The position numbers and the translations under genes were made by a program. The notes under the pieces are model-generated. The model did not search any database. It worked only from the letters and a program-made list of their open reading frames with translations, and was not told the DNA's origin. A stretch of DNA of 64,000 bases from an uncultured Actinomycetes bacterium (GTDB taxonomy: Bacteria > Actinomycetota > Thermoleophilia > Solirubrobacterales > 70-9): the NCBI GenBank assembly GCA_963832065.1, contig CAWHSV010000008.1:80671-144670 (forward strand). The letters are read 5' to 3'. Shown here one piece after another: positions 59,293 through 64,000 of the stretch. Every line of letters starts with the position of its first letter. Position 1 is the first letter of the stretch.

Positions 59293-59698
59293 CTACTGGG
59301 CCGCTGGAGGTCGGCGCGCAGCTTCTGCGTCCTCGCCGAGGTAGACGTGCGCGGGCACGTGGCCGTCGGGGGCGTAGTAATGGACCATCACCCGGATCAC
59401 CCGCGGCATCGAGCCGGCACCGGGATCTCGCGGACAGCAGAGCAGCGGCACCGCGTCGAGCCCGAGCTCGCGCGCGGCGACGGCCGGGAACTCGGCGTCG
59501 AGGTCGTCGGTGGTGGTGAAGAGGCAGCTGACCATCGCCTCCGGCTCGAGCCCGTTGCGCTCGATCAGCTCGCGCATCAGCGCCCTCGGTCGCCGCGACG
59601 ATCGCCTCGGCCTCGTTGGCCTCAGCCTGTGCCGCCCCGCGCACGGCGAAGAGGCGCTGCTGCGGGGGCTCGTAGGCGCCGACGTTCACGCCCTGCAT
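59293..59698 (-). CDS. aroH: AroH-type chorismate mutase, frameshifted
   Basis: LFAVRGA (N-terminus), VSCLFTTTDDLDAEFPAVAAREL, RVIRVMVHY. An alternative C-terminus, AQKLRADLQ...SER, would end in an ATGA overlap with hisC (stop at 59262). Confidence 0.65.
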
Positions 59699-59778
59699 CT
59701 TTCCAGAGAGCCGGAGAGGGGGCGAATGACGCCGCGCGTGTGCCTTGTTCTCGCATGGCGAGAGAAAGGAACACCGCC

Positions 59779-60723
59779 TTGAGAAGACTCGGCGAGTCTC
59801 GCGGCCGAGCAGCACGGCCTCGCCTCGACTGCACAGCTTCGCCAGTGCGGCTTCGACAAGAGCGCCGTCTCGCGGCAGGTCGCGTCTGGTCGCCTGCACA
59901 TGGTGTTCCGCGGCGTCTATGCGGTCGGGCATCCGCGGATCGGCGAGCGCGGACGCATGCGCGCCGCGGCCCTGGCCTGCGGGCCGGAGGCGGTGGTTTC
60001 GCACCGGACCGCGGCGAAGCTCCTCGGACTGCTCGATCGCGCGCCGATCGTCGTCGACGTCATCGCGCCCGGCACAGAGAGGGCGAAAAATCGCCGGGGT
60101 TCGAGCTCACCACGTGCGTCCGCCCACCAGGGGAGAGGTGGGAACCGTGGATCGCGTTCCCTGCACCAGCCCGGCACGGACCCTTGTCGACCTCGCGGGA
60201 ACGCTCGGCATGCGCTCGCTCCGCAGCCTGTTCGAGCGGGCCGCCGCCCTGCGGTTGCTTGATGTTGCTGCGATCGACGCGGCCATCGGAGTTGGCGGCC
60301 GCCGCGGTCTGGGGGCCCTGCGCATTCTCCTCGAGGAGTGGAGGCCTACGGGCCGGATGGTGGCGGCGCAGCGGCTGAAGAGCCCTCTGGAGGCGATGAT
60401 CTTGCCGCTGCTGGCACGGCGAGGCCTGCCGATGCCGCGCTGCAACGCGCCGATCGAGCTTGTCGACGGCCGCATCGAGGTCGACTTTCTCTGGCCCGAG
60501 CAGAAATTCGTCCTCGAGGCGGACAGCCGCGACTTCCACGCCACCGACGTCGCCTTCGAGCGAGACCGATGGAGGGATCGCGAACTGCTCCGGGTCGGCC
60601 TCTCGACCCTTCGGGTGACCCGAATGCAGGCAGAAACCGAAGCGGGCGCGGTTGCCGAGGCGATCCGCCGTCAGCCTGGGCCCGGAGGACCCGACCTCCT
60701 CCCAGAGGCGAGCCACCTCCTGA
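59779..60723 (+). CDS. DUF559 (Vsr-fold endonuclease-like) domain protein with an N-terminal AbiEi-like HTH, frameshifted; ends uncertain
   Basis: AAEQHGLASTAQLRQCGFDKSAVSRQVASGRLHMVFRGVYAVGHP..., then VDFLWPEQKFVLEADSRDFHATDVAFERDRWRDRELLRVGLSTLRVT. No in-frame stop precedes the antisense run through rluB. Confidence 0.5.
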
Positions 60724-61379
60724 TCGGAAAGGCGCCGGCTCTCGCCCTCGGCCAGCCCATGGAGCGGCAGCGAGCCGAAGCGGACGCGGCGCAGCTCCTG
60801 CACCCGGTTGTCGATCGCCTCGGCCATGCGGCGGACCTGACGGTTGCGGCCCTCGCGCAGGACGATCTCGATCTCGCGCGCGCCGAGCCGGGTCACCTCG
60901 GCCGGCGCGGTCGGCCCGTCCTCCAGCTCCACCCCCCGTCGCAGCCGCTCGAGGTCGCGGTCTGCCGGCGGTCGCAGCAGCCGCACCCGGTAGGCCTTGG
61001 CGACCTCGTAGCGAGGATGGGTCAGCCGGTTGGCCAGCTCGCCGTCGTTGGTCAGCAGCAGCAGGCCGGTCGAGTCGGCGTCGAGGCGCCCGACCGGATA
61101 GAGCCGGGCCGGCGAATCGACCAGCTCGACCACCGCCGGCCGCTCTCCCGGCTCGCGCGCCGTGGAGACGACCCCAGCCGGCTTGTTCACCACCCAGACC
61201 TCCCGCGCCTCGACCCCGACCGGGCTGCCGTCGACCCGCACATCGTCAGCATCGCTGACGTCGCGAGCCGGATCGGTCACCACCTCTCCGTCGACGGTGA
61301 CCCGGCCACGAGCAATGACCTTCTCCGCAGCCCGCCGCGAAGAGACTCCCCCATGCGCGAGAAACTTCGCGAGCCTCAC
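60671..61379 (-). CDS. rluB: Pseudouridine synthase, RsuA/RluB family; 3' end uncertain
   Basis: S4 domain MRLAKFLAHGGVSSRRAAEKVI..GRVTVDG, catalytic YPVGRLDADSTGLLLLTNDGEL, and REGRNRQVRRM. The ORF-track end at 60060 is antisense read-through of the DUF559 gene. Confidence 0.75.
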
Positions 61380-61419
61380 GACGAAAGCGCGGCGATGGGC
61401 CCATCGCCGCGCCTCCCCC

Positions 61420-61992
61420 TCACGGCTCGGTCCGCTGTTCCCCCGCCTTGAGCAGTCGCTCCCGCAGCTCCCGCTCGTCCTCGGGACTGGGGTCGAACCG
61501 CGACGGATCGGGCAGCCGGTCGAGCCCGGCGAGGCCGAAGAGCCGCTCGAACAGCTCCGAGGTCTTGAAGATCGCGGCGCCGAAGCGGGAGCGGCCCGAC
61601 TCTTCGATCAGCCCGCGCTCGGCCAGCGTCTGCACCGCCGACTCCGAGCTGACGCCGCGGATGCGGGCGATCTCCGGCCGCGAGACCGGCTGCAGGTAGG
61701 CGACGATCGCCAGCGTCTCGGCCTGGGCCTGGGTGAGCGGCGGCGTCCGCGGCTTCGCCAGCAGGCGCCGCGCCGCCTCCTCGCTGGCCGGGTCGCTGGC
61801 GAGCGTGAAGCCGCCGGCGACCTCGCGTAGGACGACGCCGCGCCGGCCCTCGGCCAGGTCCTCGCGCAGCAGCTCGACCGCCTCGGCGACCTGGCCCTCG
61901 GTCGCCTCGGTCGCCTCGGCCAGGTCGGCGACGGCGACCGGCTGGGCGGAGAGGAAGAGCAGCGCCTCGACGGTGCGGGCGAGGTCGCTCAC
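61420..61992 (-). CDS. scpB: Segregation and condensation protein B
   Basis: Intact 190-aa ORF with ALLFLS..PV, LSQAQAETLAIVAY.QPVSRPEI..IRGV. Confidence 0.9.
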   Translation of the reverse strand: MSDLARTVEALLFLSAQPVAVADLAEATEATEGQVAEAVELLREDLAEGRRGVVLREVAGGFTLASDPASEEAARRLLAKPRTPPLTQAQAETLAIVAYLQPVSRPEIARIRGVSSESAVQTLAERGLIEESGRSRFGAAIFKTSELFERLFGLAGLDRLPDPSRFDPSPEDERELRERLLKAGEQRTEP

Positions 61993-62717
61993 GGCTGGGC
62001 CACCTTGCGGACCTCGATCGGCCCGAGCGGCTCGCTCTGCGCCCAGTCGATCTCGCCCTTGCGGTACAGCTCCAGCAGGCCGAAGATCGTCACCGCCTGG
62101 GTCAGCCGGTCCTCGCCGCCGAACTCCTCGTCGAAGTCGAAGCTGGCGCGGCGGCGGAGGACGTCGCGCAGCGCCTGCAGGCGGCGCTCGAGCGAGACGG
62201 TCGGGCGAATGTGGCCGATGTCCAAGCCCGGTGGCTCCAGCAGCAGGTCCCCGAGCGCGGCGCCGAGCTGGTCGGGGTCATAGACGGCGCTGGCGGCGTC
62301 CACGGCGACGCGACGCAGCCTCGCCGGCAACGGCGCCGAGCGGTAGAGGTAGCCGCGCTGGCTCTCGAAACGATCGGCGAGCACCTTCGAGGCGTCGCTG
62401 TAGCGCCGGTACTCGAGCATCCGCGCCAGCAGCTCCTCGATCGCCTCTTCCGGGCTGAGGTCGTCGAGGCCCTCCTCCGGGCCGGGCAGCATCAGCCGCG
62501 ACTTCAGCTCCAGCAGCGCCGCGATCAGGACCAGAAACTCGGTCGCCACCTCCAGCTCCAGCTCCCCCTCGCGCTCGAGGTGCTCGACGTAGGCGACGAC
62601 GACCTCGCCCAGCTGCAAGTCGAGCAGGCTCACCTCCTCGCGCAGCACGACCGCCAGCAACAGGTCGAAGGGCCCGGCGAAGATGTCGAGGTCGAGGTCG
62701 AGCTCGGCGACGCTCAC
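61989..62717 (-). CDS. scpA: Segregation and condensation protein A
   Basis: Intact 242-aa ORF with FAGPFDLLL..V...EV.L, and a 4-nt overlap with scpB. Confidence 0.9.
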   Translation of the reverse strand: MSVAELDLDLDIFAGPFDLLLAVVLREEVSLLDLQLGEVVVAYVEHLEREGELELEVATEFLVLIAALLELKSRLMLPGPEEGLDDLSPEEAIEELLARMLEYRRYSDASKVLADRFESQRGYLYRSAPLPARLRRVAVDAASAVYDPDQLGAALGDLLLEPPGLDIGHIRPTVSLERRLQALRDVLRRRASFDFDEEFGGEDRLTQAVTIFGLLELYRKGEIDWAQSEPLGPIEVRKVAQP

Positions 62718-62726
62718 GGGCTCACG

Positions 62727-63725
62727 TTAACGCGACGGCCCGATGCCCATGCGGTCGCGAACGTCGGCCAGGGTGACCGATGCGATCGCCCGGGCTCTTT
62801 CGGCTCCCTCGGCCAGGGTCGCCTCCAGTGTCGCCTCGTCGGGACGCAGCTCGGAGTAGCGCTCGCGGACCGGCGCCAGCAGCTCGACCACCGCCTCCGC
62901 CACCGCCTGCTTGAAATCGCCGTAGCCAGCGCCCTCGAACTCGCGCTCGACCTCCTCGGGAGCGATACCGCGGGCGACGGCGAGGACGTCGATCAGATTG
63001 GCGATCCCGGCCTTTCCGGGGCCGCGGCGCACCTCGCGGCCGGAGTCGGTGACGGCGCTGCCGAGCTTCTTGCGAATCGCCGCGGGCTCGTCGAGCACGT
63101 AGACGGCGCCGGCCTCGCTGGCGTTGGTGGTGGACATCTTCCGTTCCGGCTCCTGCAGGTCCATGATCCGGGCGCCGAGCTCGGGTATGCGGAAGTCGGG
63201 CACGACCAGGGCCTCGCCGAAACGCTCGTTGAAGCGGCGGGCGATCTCCCGCATCAGCTCGACGTGCTGGCGCTGGTCGTCGCCGACCGGGACCTCGGTG
63301 GCGCGATAGGCGAGCACGTCGGCGGCCATCAGCACCGGGTAGAAGAAGAGCGCCGCGGAGACCAGCTCGCGCTGCTTCGCCGACTTGTCCTTGAACTGGT
63401 GCATGCGGTTGAGGTCGCCGTGGGCGGTGACGGCGGAGAGCAGCCAGGTCAGCTCGGTGTGCTCGCGCACGTCGGACTGGCGGAAGAGGATGCAGCGAGC
63501 GGGGTCGAGGCCGGCGGCGAGCAGGATCGCGGTGGTGTCGTAGAGCCGCTCGCGCAGCTCGGCCGGGTCGTAGGTGATGGAGATCGCGTGCAGGTCGACG
63601 ATGCAGAAGATCGCCGGGTCGCCGCGGTCCTGCCCCTCGACGTACTGGCGGATCGCCCCGATGTAGTTGCCGAGGTGCTTGCGGCCGGTTGGCTGGATGC
63701 CGGAGAAGACGATCGGGCTGGGCAC
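62727..63725 (-). CDS. trpS: Tryptophan--tRNA ligase
   Basis: Intact 332-aa ORF with SGIQPTG..HLGNY (HIGH-like) and KMSTT (KMSKS-like). Confidence 0.95.
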   Translation of the reverse strand: MPSPIVFSGIQPTGRKHLGNYIGAIRQYVEGQDRGDPAIFCIVDLHAISITYDPAELRERLYDTTAILLAAGLDPARCILFRQSDVREHTELTWLLSAVTAHGDLNRMHQFKDKSAKQRELVSAALFFYPVLMAADVLAYRATEVPVGDDQRQHVELMREIARRFNERFGEALVVPDFRIPELGARIMDLQEPERKMSTTNASEAGAVYVLDEPAAIRKKLGSAVTDSGREVRRGPGKAGIANLIDVLAVARGIAPEEVEREFEGAGYGDFKQAVAEAVVELLAPVRERYSELRPDEATLEATLAEGAERARAIASVTLADVRDRMGIGPSR

Positions 63726-63734
63726 GGGCGCAGC

Positions 63735-64000
63735 CTACGCGGGCTCGGGCGCGGGCGCCTCGCTGGGCGCGCCGCAATCCGCGTCGGCGCCGTGGCCGCA
63801 CTCGCCGGCCGCCGCGGCCCCCCGGGTCGGCACCGCCGCGACCCGTCGCCGCGGGTTTTCGATCCCGAAGCCGGAGGCGATGCCGCCGACGATCATCAGC
63901 AGGCCGGCGATGAGGACGCCGAGGTGGAAGGCCGAGGTGGAGGCGTCGATCGAGGCCGCTTCCAGGCGCCGCGCTTCCGCCGGCGCGAGGCGCTCGACCT
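63735..64000 (-). CDS. C-terminal end of a membrane transporter (MFS-like), 5' part outside the window
   Basis: The open minus-strand frame from the window edge reads ...AFHLGVLIAGLLMIVGGIASGFGIENPRR, then a soluble tail, with TAG at 63735-63737. The family call is tentative. Confidence 0.4.
   Translation of the reverse strand, partial: VERLAPAEARRLEAASIDASTSAFHLGVLIAGLLMIVGGIASGFGIENPRRRVAAVPTRGAAAAGECGHGADADCGAPSEAPAPEPA

Noticed and set aside
24833-60723. Frameshifted genes as genuine pseudogenes or as programmed frameshifts.
   Set aside because: The affected genes include rpmB, metK, der, cmk and priA, many of which are normally indispensable. Several indels lie in homopolymer runs and cluster regionally. 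This is typical of assembly error.

Overview
This is a very GC-rich window with gene order typical of Actinomycetota (possibly Thermoleophilia or Rubrobacteria-like; that placement is inference). Almost all of it is one long, mostly minus-strand array of housekeeping genes. In window order the array covers whiG/fliA-type sigma, xerC, ilvD, thiD, dprA, comM, rnhB, lepB, rplS, trmD, rpsP, ffh, ftsY, smc, rnc, acpP, plsX, rpmF, coaD, rsmD, recG, rpmB and ribHBAED. It then continues with rpe, rsmB, fmt, def, priA, metK, der, cmk, aroA, tyrA, a DAHP synthase, hisC, a chorismate mutase, rluB, scpBA and trpS.

Three things stand out.

(1) A visibly lower-GC island at about 37.85-42.4 kb carries what looks like an unannotated RiPP-type operon. 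It has two tandem 19-codon precursor genes, each with a perfect Shine-Dalgarno site. These are followed by an E1/ThiF-like adenylyltransferase with an N-terminal RRE-like domain, then a translationally coupled SAM methyltransferase. Four copies of an ArsR-like winged-helix module surround the operon.

(2) Several families of long structured palindromic elements with compensatory base changes sit in intergenic gaps (ffh-ftsY, KH-trmD, upstream of rpmF, downstream of ldt and of rnhB).

(3) Many essential genes carry single-base frameshifts, several of them in homopolymer runs. These cluster at about 24.8-34.2 kb and 48.2-60.8 kb, which argues for assembly indel errors rather than pseudogenes. 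Coordinates for those genes are reconstructions across reading frames.

No rRNA, tRNA, CRISPR array or transposase was seen.
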